From Podarcis bocagei (taxonomy: Eukaryota), in assembly GCA_964188305.1 (NCBI GenBank), contig OZ076890.1: a DNA stretch of 64,000 nt; one strand, written 5' to 3'. The first letter of the stretch is position 1. Each line of letters begins with the position of its first letter. This document shows, in pieces, positions 24,690 through 38,270 of this stretch. Both the position numbers and the translations under genes were made by a program. The notes under the pieces were generated by a model that saw only the letters and a program-made list of their open reading frames with translations, was not told the origin of the DNA and searched no databases.

Positions 24690-25029
24690 TACTTCTTTTT
24701 TAAAAGTTTGCTATGAAAGCATTTTATTTAAATTCCATCAGATTTGCTTCTTTTTAATGTTCATCTTATCTCAGCATTTTTCAGTTGTCCTTGATTCCAT
24801 TCCATTGTCTGGACCACAGTCCTTTTTTCCAGATCTGTGAATGGCAATGGATGAATGAAATATGTTACAAGTTGAATTTCAGCTCCTGCTAAAAGATAAG
24901 CCTGAGAATCCTTAAGCAAAAGACTTTGGACATTGCTATCCTGTAGCTATCCTTGGTGAATTAGGTATTATTGAGTTCTTATAAGAAATATCCTGAACTG
25001 TACCACTTCAACTATTGTGCAGGTTGTAA

Positions 25030-25416
25030 AGGTAAAAGGTAAGGGGATGCGGGTGGTGCTGTGGTCTAAACCACAGAGCCTCTTGGGTTTGCCAGTCAGC
25101 AAGTCAGCAGTTCAAATCCACTCAACGGTGGTGAGCTCTGTCCCAGCTTCTGCCAACCTAGCAGTTCAAAAGCATGCCAGTGCAAGTAGATAAATAGGTA
25201 CCGCTGTGGCGGGAAGGTAAACGGCATTTCTGTGTGCTCTGGCTTCCAGCATGGTGTCCGTTGCACCAGAACCAGTTTAGTCATGCTGGCCACATGACTC
25301 AGCTTTCTGTCTGTGGACAATCGCCAGCTTCCCTCGGCCTGAAGGAAGATGAGCACCACACCCCATAGTCGCCTTTGACTGGACTTAACCGTCCAGGGGT
25401 CCTTTACCTTTACCTT
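25030..25416 (+). mobile_element. Sauria SINE with a 13-nt inverted tail at its 5' end
   Basis: 12-bp TSD TGCAGGTTGTAA (25018-25029, 25417-25428); SINE head starts at 25043. Confidence 0.93.
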
Positions 25417-26425
25417 TGCAGGTTGTAATTTAGCTATCCCACAGATGTTGCCCTTTTATGACTGTTGTGACACAACTCTTGGCAATTTAGACATACCAAA
25501 CTATGCAAACAAATACGTATTTTGAGAAAAAGCACACATTTAAATTGCATTTTGAAGGAAAATGCGCATTTAAATGCTACGATGAGAGGAACAGTTCAAA
25601 AAGGTGATCTGCAGGGGGGTGAAATAGAATGGAATTATGGCTGAAATGTGAACATAAAACAGACATGAAACAAGGAGATCCATCCACCCTAAACACATTT
25701 TCTTGAATAAAAGTAGCATTGAATCTAAGCAAATGACCTTAGGGGGTCTTATAGCTTAATGATAATGTGGCAAGTGGCAACCTTTCAGCTTTACAGTTTG
25801 CTGAATTCAGGTGAACTCCTTAATGAACATAGCTGTACACCTTTTTGAGGCATTAATTAGAAAGAGATGATGCTCTCTCACACCAGCTGTTCCCCATTGA
25901 GGCCTTCTTTGCATGACTTATGGGCAAGTTATCATTATGGATCACTGCATCATTAAATTTTACGTTCCTTACGTTACCTCCCGGCAGCCAAGGCATATGA
26001 AAGTGCAGAAGAAACATGAGGAGATGAGTTTCTCAATTGCTGTAATAAAGTTTTACATCATTGCACCGAGACATGTTTTCTCCACACATGGAAATGGTTA
26101 AATTAAAATTGTAATGACTGGATCCAGAAAAGCCCTTTTAGGCCACAGAAAATTAGTTTAATCTGCAAATGTGATTTATGCCTGTCAAGAGACAAGCCTC
26201 ACGATGAACAGTAAAACTAGATATAAAAAACAGGGTCTCGTCCCCCCCCCCATTTGCTGTTCTTAATGGTACCTGCTTTTCTTCTTCAGGCAAATCCAAT
26301 GTAGTGCCCCTCAGATTTTTTGGACTACAACTCCCATCACGTCTGAGCACTGGCCATACATATTGGGGCTGGTCGGAGTCAGAGTCCTAAACATCTGGAG
26401 GATGCCATGTTGGCTCTCCCTGCCC

Positions 26426-26799
26426 TTGTTGTTGTTGTTTGGTCGTTTAGTCATGTCCGACTCTTCATGACCCCATGGACCAGAACACGCCAGGCACTCC
26501 TGTCTTCCACTGCCTCCCGCAGTTTGGTCAAACTCATGCTGGGAGCTTCGAGAACACTGTCCAACTATCTTGTCCTCTGACATCCCCTTCTCCTTGTGCC
26601 CTCAATCTTTCCCAACATCAGGGTCTTTTCCAGGGAGTCTTCTCTTCTCATGAGGTGGCCAAAGTACTGGAGCCTCAGCTTCAGGATCTGTCCTTCCAGT
26701 GAGCACTCAGTGCTGATTTCCTTAAGAATGGACAGGTTTGATCTTCTTGCGGTCCATGGGACTCTCAAGAGTCTCCTCCACCACCATAATTCAAAAGCA
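26426..26799 (-). mobile_element. Bov-B LINE 3' fragment
   Basis: RVPWTARRSNLSILKEIS.ECSLEGQILKLRLQYFGHLMRREDSLEKTLMLGKIEG; (CAA)n tail. Confidence 0.96.
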
Positions 26800-26841
26800 T
26801 GTCTATCTGTCCATCTGTCTGTCTGTTTTGTTTTAGCAGCA

Positions 26842-26877
<36 letters not shown>
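26842..26877. repeat. (CAT)n microsatellite
   Basis: Seen directly in the sequence. Confidence 0.97.
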
Positions 26878-29800
26878 TATTAACTGGCAAGTGTAAATAG
26901 TCTCTATCCATATATTTAGTTATCCTTCCCCCCTCTCCCTTAGCATGAATGGTACATCACAGAGGGAGAAATCTAAGTGAGAAGAAGTAGATCAAGACAA
27001 AAGCATGAAAATCTGCTTTGGCCATGTCAGCCATGGGTTTTCCTCAGAGAGGACTAGAACCACAGCAAGTCTCCAACTAGTTGCATGAGAACTATTAGGC
27101 AGAGACTTGTCTGTACATCACAGCCCAGTTCTGGCTCTCTCCCAACACTGCCATGTGCTAATACCAGGCCTGCTCTTCAGACTTCTAGATGAGAGCTGAT
27201 CAAGTTATATTCTCTGCCCCTATAAATACTTCTAAACAGAGACTGCTCTGTCCAGCTGCAGGCTTCTCTTCTCTTTCTCTGCCTTCAGCTCATTCCACTG
27301 GGATTGACCAAGTGGCTCAAGGGATAGAGCTCCAGCTTAGCTCCCAAAAGCCTTACAGTTAAAATGGGGATGAATGAATTCCATTCATTACATTCTTCCT
27401 TTACTGCTCTCCTGATTCACTCTCCTATCCCCCCATTTTGCACTCCAGTGTACTCCAATTTAACTTGGGGGATGCACACGTGGAATTAACTGGAAATATT
27501 TCTAATAGTAATTCCTAGATTGGAGCACAAGTTATTGGCTGCAGTTTCCATTTCCTCCATCTCTATTCTTCCTCTGAATTACTAGTGAGATCGGTACATT
27601 GATAAAATACTGGCAAAAAAAAGAAAAGAAAGCCAATTTCAACATACTTCCTATTGTCATGTGCCCATATACGCATGTACACAATGTTAAAATGCCACAT
27701 ATACAAAGTATGTTGATGCAACCATAGGTTTCCTCAAAGTTACCCTGCTACGCAGAAGCCTGAAGCTTATTATATAGAGTCTCAGTGAACAAGGTCACAC
27801 CAGGTAATGTCGCAATCTGTAGTATCACATCAGGTAAAGGCAGATTCAGGAAACTGCAGCATGGTGCATTCAGGTTCAGGCAGACCATAGCAGGACCATG
27901 GAAAGCTCCAAGGGAACGTGTATTAGCTCAAGAGCTTTTCTTTCCCCTGTTTTAGGCAATGTTGCCTCAGCAGAGAGTTGAAGCCTCCTGAAGCCTTCTA
28001 AATTTAGGCAAGTGCTCTTCTGCATTAGTCACTGCCTCTCTGAACAAGCTGGCTATGTTCTTTAGTGGGTCTCTGCCTCATTCTGTATCTCCTGACTTCT
28101 GCAAGCTTGAAGAGATGGAAATTGTGCTGGGGACTGGTGGGGACATATCTTCCATCAGGGATGGCGTTGGTGAAAGTTCCTCTTGGTTGCAGCAGCCAGT
28201 GCCTCACCCCCTCTCAAGTCTTCCTTGGGTCCCTGGAGGGCCTGAGGCTTTGTGGATCATGAGTAATGTGCACATTCATACCAATTCCTGCAGTTGCCAT
28301 TCAACATAGGCAATTGCTATTCAACCATTGCATAGATGTTAAAACATTGTAAGTCTGATTCCAGTCCTTATGATTTCAGACAGAAGGATGAAAAAAGTTA
28401 TGAAAACATTTCTTATGAATCAGAAACTGGAAGGGATAAAACAAGCCCATCCACACAATGTGTTCCAATGCCTATAATTTCTCATTCCACAACTGTGAGA
28501 TTTTTTTCCCCAAGGACTGTCTTCAACTTCTTTTTACATGACAAGAGAAATAATTTTGGAATGGTGAAAAGGCACCAAAAGACACACATGCCCAGTCCTT
28601 TTATTTGCCCAAAGGCAAGTTTCGTTGCCTTCAGGAGGAAGGAAGCAGAGGTAGCAACACAGTGGACTTTTTTCAAGCGCCTATGAGGGCTTTGTGTGTG
28701 TTCAGCTGGACACAAGTCTCAACCCTTTTCAGGATAAACACAGAGATGCTCATGCGTGGTTTCCCAGGACATAGTCTAAGTACATGATGCAGCTACCTTA
28801 CAGGTTTGGGTCAGATCAGTTGCTGGATGGGGGAACCACCTGGAAACCCTATGTTCACTTCTTTGAGTCCCACGATGGAAGAAAAGTGGTATATACATGT
28901 GCTAATAAAATAAAATAACATGCCATGCACTTGCTCCAATTTCAATATGTTTGGACTGCACACAAAGCCTACAGAGCAAGGTTCTGCTGCAAAAAATAAA
29001 TAAATCCTGGTTTGTGGACCAGTTTCTCACATCCATCTTAAATTTAATCAGTCAAATTAAACTCAGTCAGACGGATGGAGTACAAATAATAAAGTATTAT
29101 TATTGTCTATGATGGCTGTGCGAGCACCTTTGGTAAGACCCAAATCAGCCACATTCAAGCTGCTTCAGGTCTTGGAGCAGAAGACTTAAGTGGCTACCTA
29201 GGCAGTTGCTACTGCAACCACTTGGCAAGCAGCAGCAATTTCATCAAGGTGAACGTTGTGTTATTGACTGCTAACCCATGAATGCAGGAACCTAGATCCA
29301 GCAAAGACTATTGTAAATGGATGTGTGGTGAGGATACGGTTTTCACTGATTCCCCATTCCCTTTGCAGACCCCTCTGTCTCCTCCCATGCTTTACTGGAA
29401 AGATCCCTTAATTCCAGAGCAGATTGGGGTGTGGCAGGTACAGGAAGTTGCCAAGGTAAATGGCAGGAGTTTGGTGGGCTATTGAGAAAGGGTTGATGGG
29501 CCAGTTCTGTCCTATGAGCTAGTGGTCTCTCACCCCTTATGTGAATGGTACTCTTGCTTATCAGAACCCTGGCTATTTGGAGTGATGAGCTTTTGTTGTG
29601 TGACTAAAGCATTCTTATTTTCATAGCTAGTGTCGTGCACCATGCATGAACAAGGCTTCCTTGCTCTCAAATGTATCCAAGAAGTAGTTGAGTTCCCCCC
29701 ACCCCACCCCTGACAGCCACCATATATTCACAAGAGATCCCAATAATCATATTCTTCAACTTTTGATTCAGGCTATTTCTATTATTTCATTACAAGAGCA

Positions 29801-32800
29801 GCTAATTTACAATGTTAAAAAAAAATAATGCTTTGTTCACCATTCCTTCAAAATTTAGGCTTATAGTATTATGTTTCACTAAGACAGCTTGTGATTATAA
29901 TGTAATAAGGAATGCATAAAGAAGGCATGCCATGCTCAGTCTGTCTTTGAAAGGAATTATGATGAAAGTGTTTTGTAAAGTTCCCAATAAATAAGATACC
30001 ATGCTGAGTATGGTTTACCATACTTGTGAATTCGAGCTTTTCCAGGCCTATCCTGCTGTAATCCTACATGTGCCTCACAGCTGGTAGATGTGTTCCTCTG
30101 CATCGGCTGAAGTTCAGGAATTTTCCTTGGGTGGAGGGAAGAGGTACAAAAGAACTAACCTTCTGGGAACTAAAGTCACAATTGCTGGTGAAACTACCCT
30201 TTCCCTAGTAACAGTAACAAGATTATATTAAATAGTTACTGAATCATTTTCCAATTAACCAGGAAGGCCGAAAGGGTTGCCATATGCCCTTCATTTAATA
30301 GCGTCATCAGAGCAGCTTTGTAGGAGCAAGGGATGTGAATGCTATGAGTAATTTGCACATATATTAAGTCAGTGGTTTTTCGCCCCCTGAATCTTGAGAG
30401 ATTTTCAAATGAAAAGGAGGAGAAGAAGGGGGGGGTAAAGAAACGCTGTGTTATTAAAACACTACCCTCTGCAATGAATCTCAGCAGATACAATTTCATT
30501 TTCTTCCTAACGGCAGAGAAAAATCACAAGGTTAAAACAATAGCCATTAATTTTTTTAAAATATTCTAATGCTGGATTTGAACATGTAAGAGCTCAAACG
30601 GTATTAAAATATCCTGCAGCGGTGACATACACCATTGAAGTGCATGCACACATTATATACAGTTTTGGAAAGTCTGTTTTCATGAAACTGGGGGAGTTAG
30701 AACTGTATATAGCATGTGGATTGTTCAGCTTGAGATAATGGAGGCTAAAATCCCCAATCGGCCGTGAAGCTTTGTGGGTGACCTTGGGGCCACTGATTGT
30801 CCCAGCAACTGGTATTCAGAAGCATACTGCGTCCAATATCCTGGCTGAGGCTGGTGGGAGTTGCAGACCAGTGACATAAGGAGAGCCACAGGTTCTCCAT
30901 CCCTGCCTTTAGGTCACTTATGGATTTATATCCAACTTCTACATCATTTTTTCACTATTGTCAAGAAATGAAGCCAAGCAGGACACTGCCTGTTTTAACT
31001 GTTTCATCTGAAGCAACATGGACTTGTGGTTCATTGGGATCCCACTCAACATGTGAGTGGAATTCATTTTTTTTTAATGGCACACACAGGTAGAGGCAGC
31101 AAGATGGCTACCCTTCTAGAAGCTTCCACCTGAAATGGCTTACTTCATATTGATTCATAAGGTTGGCCATGAAAATGGCATTGTGCTAGAAAGAGAAATT
31201 AAGACTTAAAAGAAAATCAAGGTAGCCATCAAATGACTACTACTACTAATAATAATAATAGCAATATCAACAGCAACAGCAACAGCAGCAGGTCTTCAGT
31301 GAAGTACTCCCACAGAGTACTCTTGTGCACCCATGAGGGTGAAAAGAGCTAACTGAAAACCTCCACATAGGTACATTTTGATTTGGTGGGGTTTTTCCCC
31401 CTCCTTTGGATATGTGGAGCAGAGAGCAATAAAAACTTGGAAAAACCTACTGAAGGAGCCAACTTTCTTCTTTAACCCTTTGGCACTGAGGGAAGAGTGT
31501 CTGGAAATCTTGACTTCTAGTGTCAAATGTATCAAAACAAAACAAAAAATAGCTCACCACCTCCAAAACTTGGCAAAAAGGAATGGAGAACATAAAAGCC
31601 GTGAAAGTGAGTCTCACAAATATATAGAAGGGCTTGAGACTGCAATTCCACACCACTTACACCTGAGAGCATGCCTCACAGAGCTCAATGGGACTTAGTC
31701 ACCCTGCACTTTTCATTTAACAAATTTCATATGCCGTTTACCAGAGCAAAAGAACTCTAAGACAAATTGCACTGTAATATTGTTATGTTCTTATAGAATG
31801 GAACTAAGGGTGATGGAGACCACTGAATTGCCACCAGCACCAACACCACATGCAGTTCTCCCTCTTCCCCCTGGATTGTGTCCATTAGGGTGAGTGGGCC
31901 ACTGTCCCATAAGAGTAAAGCAAGTAATAACTTAAGAATAATAATGTCATTCTGCCCTCATCCAGGCCCACCTGCACGGATTGACTGGGACACTATGGAG
32001 GTCTTTGTGTTGAGTTCACAGATTCGTTCAGGCTTTAATGTGTTGCAGCTAGGGATGCAAGAAGCCACCCTTGCCCGTTCCACCCTGTATTCATCACATA
32101 CAACACTGTTTCTCCACCACTGCAGTTCGTTTTCTACCAAAAACTACACTATTTGTTTCACTGTCCACTGTAGCAGAATTATATAACTCATATGATTTAT
32201 GTAATTAATTATGCAAATTATATACATTATGTTGCCATTGTGTTATGCCACCCCATTCATTTAAATGCAAAGAAATACGATGCAAATGGGGTGTGCAATC
32301 AATTGCATATCGTTTGCAGATTGAAAACAACAAAAACAACTGATCATATTCACTGGATTGACTTCCGTTCCAGACATGAGGTGGATATTTGTTGGTTTGT
32401 TTGTTGAATTTCTGCACTGCCCTTCTTCCGAGGATCACAGGATGGTTTCAGATATAAACACAAAAAATACAAAACATAGTAACAAACAAAACAATACCCA
32501 CCACTTTAAAAGGCCATAGATGGTTTAACTAAGCAAAGATTAGCAATTTCTTCTCCCACTTACATTTTTATCAGACTTCTTCAATATTCGTAGTTGCAAC
32601 AAGTGTGAACTCAAAAATGGAAATGTCTTGTGTGACCACATCAGTACTCCAACGCTTGTTAAAGTTGTTCTGGTTAATTGTAACAAAACATTTAAAATAC
32701 TTAAAAAATAATAATCACCGAAATTTACCTTAACTGAAAGGTTCCACTCTGGGTGAAAGCGGAAGGCTGGTGTGATGATGACTCATCACAGGAAACCTGA

Positions 32801-34194
32801 GCTGCAGCTCTCAAAGTAGGTGAAGAAACTTGAGAAGTCAGAGAAGGCTAGTAGCAGCAGTAGCAGAGAAGCTTTGCAATGATGAACAAGCTATAATCTC
32901 TCTCTCGGACAAAGAATTCCATAAAGGACTGAGCCACATTGATAGTTTGCAACGTGTTGCTTTGTTATTTTGTCCACGCAATGTTTATATGTAAATAGTT
33001 TTTAGACTGTTCTGCGGTAAAGCTTTGAAACTCATTCTTGACATGTAAAGCTCATACACAAGGCCCAGCTCAGGGATTCCACTGAACAACTTTAACAGTA
33101 TCCTGAGCACAAGCATCAACAATGATAATGTGATTTGAAAACTGGGATAGCGGGTGCTAATAAAATGTTTAAAAATTCAGTCTTCTGGCTCATAGATGAT
33201 TCAAAGTATTGTTGATGCCTTGATGGTGGGAACAAAATGAATTGTTTTAAAATAGCTTTGAGATACATAGAATTCTTCTCTGTGCTTTGGAAGAAAATCA
33301 CTGGAAGCCTCTAGACCTAGATGGCATGTGAGAACAAAACAAAACAAAACAAAACAAAACTAGGTTACAGCAATTGTGACTCTGTGATCTGCAGGTGTGT
33401 CCCAGGATCACAGACAGAGCAGCTGGAAGGTCAGGAAATTGCTAGTTGTGCTTTGGAACATACCATATAATAAATATGAACTAAAATGAAACCATCTCTT
33501 CCCTTTGAAAAAAAAATATCAAAAGCATTTGTTCAACCTCCTAATCAACAAATTGTATATTTGACCTGGAGTGAATTTTTAGCAATTGCACTCTTCCTTC
33601 AAATTATATTTCACTTAGAGAATTTATAGCACTGTTATATCTTTGATTTGTTTTCACCTCCCAGCCAAAATGAATCACTAAAATAGTTTTTGCAAACTGT
33701 AAACAAATGTTAAGCCAATTTCCCCCCCTTTAAGAAATCCTTATGGAAAGTAAACTATGTATATAATTTGGCAATACACCCACCTGCAAAGAGTGTAGAA
33801 GATGAAGATAAAACTGATGCCACCAAAACACACAGAATTCTTTTTTCTTTTTAACCTTTTACGTTTTTGGAATTCCCAAAGAAGGGCTAAGGTGCCTCTT
33901 TTTCCTCTCCATTCTCTACAAAATCAGAGGCAAATTCAGTGTTGCAAGGCATGGGTGGGAGACCCTAGAACCCAAGGCCTCCTGACCTCCCTTACCTGGC
34001 CCTCAGAACTCCTCCAAAATCATGCCCACTCTCCCCAGCACATCCTTCAAAAGCATGACTCCCCACCACACCCTGCTTGAAGGCTTTTGTCTAGCTATGA
34101 TGTGTCCTTGGCCTGTGATTATCAATTAATTATATTTTTATAAAGCAGATTGGATACCTTCCAACATTTCTCAGATGAAAATAGGGATGTCCTA

Positions 34195-34514
34195 TTCAAA
34201 TCCCCACGATGGGGTGAGCTCCCGTTGCTCAGACTCAGCTCCTGCCAACCTAGTAGTTCGAAAGCACGCCAAAAAGTGCAAGCAGATAAATAGGTACCGC
34301 TCCGGCGGGAAGGTAAATGGTGTTTCAGTGCGCTGCTCTGGTTTTGGTGTTCCATTGCAACAGAAGCGGCTTAGTGATGCTGGCCACATGACCCGGAAAA
34401 ACTGTCTGTGGACAAACGCCGGCTCCCTCGGCCTGTAAAGCAAGATGAGAGCCGCAACCCCAGAGTCATCTGTGATTGGACTTAACTGACAGGGGTCCTT
34501 TACCTTTACCTTTT
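34195..34514 (+). mobile_element. 5'-truncated Sauria SINE
   Basis: Begins at B box TTCAAATCCCC; (ACCTTT)n tail; TATTCAA at both junctions. Confidence 0.93.
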
Positions 34515-34563
34515 TATTCAATACTACTACTACTAATCTTATTATTTGCAAACTGCCCATCTA

Positions 34564-34934
34564 CCGTATTTTGCGCCCCATAGGACGCACCGGCCCATAG
34601 GACGCACCTAGTTTTTTTGGGGGGGCGCGCAGAGTTGTGCTGAGCCCGGGCCATAGGACGCACCAGCCCATAGGACGCACCTAGTTTTTTGGGGGGGCGC
34701 GCAGAGTTGCGCTGAGCCCGGGACTGCAGGCAGCTCTGCGCAACCCTCGGAGCCGGTCTCCCGAGGGTTGCACAGAGCTTCCTGAAGCCTGGAGAGCGAG
34801 AGGGGTCGGTGCACACCGACCCCTCTCACTCTCCAGGCTTCAGCGAAAGTCTGCATTCGCCCCATAGGACGCACACACATTTCCCCTTCATTTTTGGAGG
34901 GGAAAATGTGCGTCCTATAGGGTGAAAAATACGG
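34564..34934. mobile_element. pogo/Tc2-like MITE, family C, with an internal ~72-bp tandem duplication
   Basis: TA-CCGTATTTT...AAAATACGG-TA; 34578-34650 repeated at 34651-34722. Confidence 0.92.
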
Positions 34935-35189
34935 TAACTGGGTTGCCCCAGTCACGCGGGGTGGCTTCCAACATATATAAAAAACATAATACTGCCTTCA
35001 GATGTCTTCTAAAGGTTGTGTAGTTTCTTATTTCTTTGTCTCAGGGGTCACATAACTCCATACCCTCCAACATTTCTCCAATGAAAAGTCCTAAGGAAAA
35101 GTGGGACATTCCGAGTTCAAATCAGAAATGGAGATGGCTTCTGTAAAACCAGGACTGTCCTGGGAAGATAGGGAAACCAGGAAGGTGTG

Positions 35190-35470
35190 GCATTGCAGAA
35201 ATCCAGCCTGGAGGTTATCAGTGCATGGGCAACAGTGGTCAGGCTACCCCAGTCCAGAAATGGCCACAGATGTCAAAGCTAGTGGAAGGCACTCCTAGTC
35301 ACTGAGGTCACCTGACGCTCTGGCAATGACAGTGGACCCAGGAGCACTCCCTGGCTAGTCTCCCTCCTTGTGATTCCCAGGAGATGGCTTTCAGACCATC
35401 CTGAATCCAACAATTGTGGTCAAACGTAGCCATCATGGGTTAGCTGCCTTGTCTTCCATACCTCCGTTCT
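35190..35470 (-). mobile_element. Degraded L2 internal fragment
   Basis: Motifs CTCTGGCAATGACAGTG...CCAGGAGCACTCCC typical of minus-strand L2 ORF2. Confidence 0.5.
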
Positions 35471-36175
35471 TAAAAGCCAGCTGCACTGCTGACTCAAGCT
35501 GTCAGTCACTGTTGCAGTCAGCCAGTCTCTGGGAAATAGAAGGAGCATAGTAAGAGTGGAGAAACAAAATCCCTCCTTTCCTGTTAAACGAGGTGAAGAC
35601 ATGGGGGGAACAATGCAAACATGAACATTTGTTCAGAACTTTGACGACTGTTAAGATCCTTACCTTAATCCTTCCAGTGGTCATGCCCATTAAGGATATG
35701 CAACACGTTGATCCTTTGCTTATGGGATTGTGGAGAGCGGGGGGGAAAGGAGAATGAGGGAGGGAGGCCGGGGTTGGCATAAACGGATTCCAAGCAAATT
35801 TCAGCTAACTCAATGTGTCGTTTTTATGAAGCATGTTTGCTTTAAGTGGGTTGCAAAAAGCAGTGCTTTGTTTTAACAAATACAAGGGGGACCTGTTCAG
35901 GGTTCCAGCCAACTCTCTTCCTGCTTCTTCTCCAGTGGTCTACTTTTAACTCATGGTACCAGGCAGCATTGCATGGTCTTTGAGACCCCAGTGGGCTGTT
36001 TGGGGCCTTCTCCTCCCCAAAGGGTTTTTTCCTAAATATTTTTTGTACTTTGGAAAACGTTTGGGATCCCCAGTGGATGCTTGTCCATTAGGGCAAATGG
36101 GGCACAGCCCCTCCAACTTCAATCTGCACCCCCTATCCATTTACACCTGCTTGCCTTCTTGCAACCAGGCCAAGG

Positions 36176-36413
36176 GAGAGCCAGTGTAGTGTAGAGGTTA
36201 AGAGCGGTAGACTCGTAATCTGGTGAACTGGGTTTGATTCCCTGCTCCTCCACATGCAGCTGCTGGGTGACCTTGGGCTAGTCACACTTCTCTGAAGTCT
36301 CTCAGCCTCACTCACCTCACAGAGTGTTTGTTGTGGGGGAGGAAGGGAAAGGAGATTGTTAGCCGCTTTGAGACTCCTTCGGGTAGTGATAAAGCGGGAT
36401 ATCAAATCCAAAT
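36176..36413 (+). mobile_element. Squam3-type SINE
   Basis: Near-identical to the 10175 copy; CCAAGGG at both flanks. Confidence 0.92.
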
Positions 36414-37121
36414 CCAAGGGGGAGTATGGGGACAAAATTAGAATTAGTTGGCTCTCCCTGTCAATGGCTCTTAGAAATAAAGAGTTTCTAAATTTAACCC
36501 TCTCATGGCTACAGCAACCCACCTGATAGGGTTTGGGCAGATCTTGGGCAGAGAACCACTGGGCATGTATGCACCCTCTCAGGAGCTTGGTGAACCTTCT
36601 GTTTTTATTCCTCACCCATGATTACAAAAATGGGGTTGCAAGGATACCTGGCAAGCTCGTGGGCTACCTTTTGCTTGGTGCGCCACACTTTCCTAAGAGA
36701 AGCCTCTGTTCCCCTTTTCAGTAGTTCTCTTGGCAGAATCCAGCCATTCATACTCCAGTGAGATGGAGTTTATATCTTAGAAGGGAAGGATTTTGAAAGA
36801 AAGGCCATATTTGCAATGCAATTGAAGCAGATGAGATAGGAAGTGATTATGGCATGAATAGGGTATTCATGAAAGGCAGAGAAAAGGCAAAGACAAATTC
36901 CAGTAATTTTACTGGAGTGGTGACAGGTGGACTTACAGCTCAGGGAAATGAAAGAAGAGGGAGCCGGGTGCGGGGGATGGGGAGGAGAAAGTCTTGACTC
37001 TTCAATTTATGGATTCACCAACAAATTAAAAGGGCCAACTTGTGAGGAAAGTTACATTCAGGCCTGGCTAGATCAACATATTGATCTGCCATATATATAC
37101 ACCCAGAACTTTAAGCATCAG

Positions 37122-37450
37122 ATAAATAATAATAATCAAAATAATAATAATTTATTATTTATACCCCGCCCATCTGGCTGAGTTTCCCCAGCCACTCTGG
37201 GCGGCTTCCAATCGAGTGTTAAAAACAATGCAGTATTAAATATTAAAAACTTCCCTAAACAGGGGTGCCTTCAGATGTCTTCTAAAAGTCCGACAGTTGT
37301 TTATTTCCTTGACATCTGATGGGAGGGCGTTCCACAGGGTAGGTGCCACTACCAAGAAGGCCCTCTGTCTGGTTCCCTGTAACCTCACTTCTCGCAATTA
37401 GGGAACTGCCAGAAGGCCCTCGGCGCTGGATCTCTGTGTCCGCGCTGAAC
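37122..37450 (-). mobile_element. L2 LINE 3' end
   Basis: (AAT)n tail; TATACCCCGCCCATCTGGCTG..CCCCAGCCACTCTGGGCGGCTTCC terminus; GGGAGGGCGTTCCACAG encodes LWNALP on the minus strand. Confidence 0.88.
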
Positions 37451-38270
37451 AAAAGGTCAGCACCAAATTAACAGGTTGAGCGGTATATTATCAGGTTGAG
37501 TGGTATATTTGATAAGCAAAACAACAAGTGAGAACTTTGGGAGTGAGATGCTTCAGCCCAGGCAGAGCATGCTACAGTCGCTTGAAGTTCTTCTACGACA
37601 TGGTGATGAACAGGGGAGTGAGCCCAGAGTACCTGATCTCGCCACAGGTTTCTGTGACTATAATACAGAGACCCCCCTGCCTTTAAAACACGAGGGACAT
37701 GAGAAGCAGTTGGCAAATGCATGGGCAACAGCCACCCAACCTGTTTTTCTCTTCTGCAGGTTTTCTCCTAAGCCTGGGCCCCTAGTTCTTATCCTAGCGG
37801 CCGCTCCCATTTGAATAGCCTGAACAGCAGCAAATTAGCAGAAATGCCTGTCTCTAGAAGATTGTGCTTCCTAGCACCAGCCACTGCTTCTAATTACATC
37901 ACCATCTAATTATCTCCCAAAACAAACACCTCCCGTGTGTCTGACTGGCATTTGAAATGTGAATGATCTCAGCACCTTGTACAGCACATATTCCTCCCTT
38001 TCCAATCTTTCTTTTTTTAAAAAAAACAAACAAACTTGTATAAAACTTAGTCTGGAGAAAAGCTATAGGAACACTCAGAAAATGCACCCACCTACCCCAT
38101 TTTTACCAACAAGTTTGTACCCCTCTTCAAGTCTTCAATATGTGAAGTAAGAAGGCCTTCCAAGTTTAAAATTAGCATAGAAATCCATTGGTAATTTTAC
38201 AAAATAATGTCTACTTAGCCCAAAACTAAGTAGGTTGACCATTTACACACTGCCAAAATGAACAAAATAT

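Larger units (their letters stand above)
34153..35189 (-). mobile_element. Composite hAT6-like MITE, interrupted by a Sauria SINE and a pogo-like MITE
   Basis: After removing 34195-34514 and 34564-34934 the sequence is colinear with 62617-62983. Confidence 0.8.

Noticed and set aside
24203-24716. Overlapping GC-rich ORFs or CpG island (also 34514-34955)
   Set aside because: Confined to the family C MITE; stop-poor because of GC content; no transposase motifs.
26596-26883. Poly-His, poly-Thr and ER-repeat ORFs (also 14151, 19746, 52403)
   Set aside because: Translations of microsatellites and antisense Bov-B.
26990-28300. Possible LTR or DIRS remnants (also 32730-33050 and 43440-43660)
   Set aside because: LTR-like texture only; I could not define termini or TSDs.
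37500-37814. 104-aa ORF with protein-like composition
   Set aside because: No recognisable family, no bracketing splice sites, non-ATG start.
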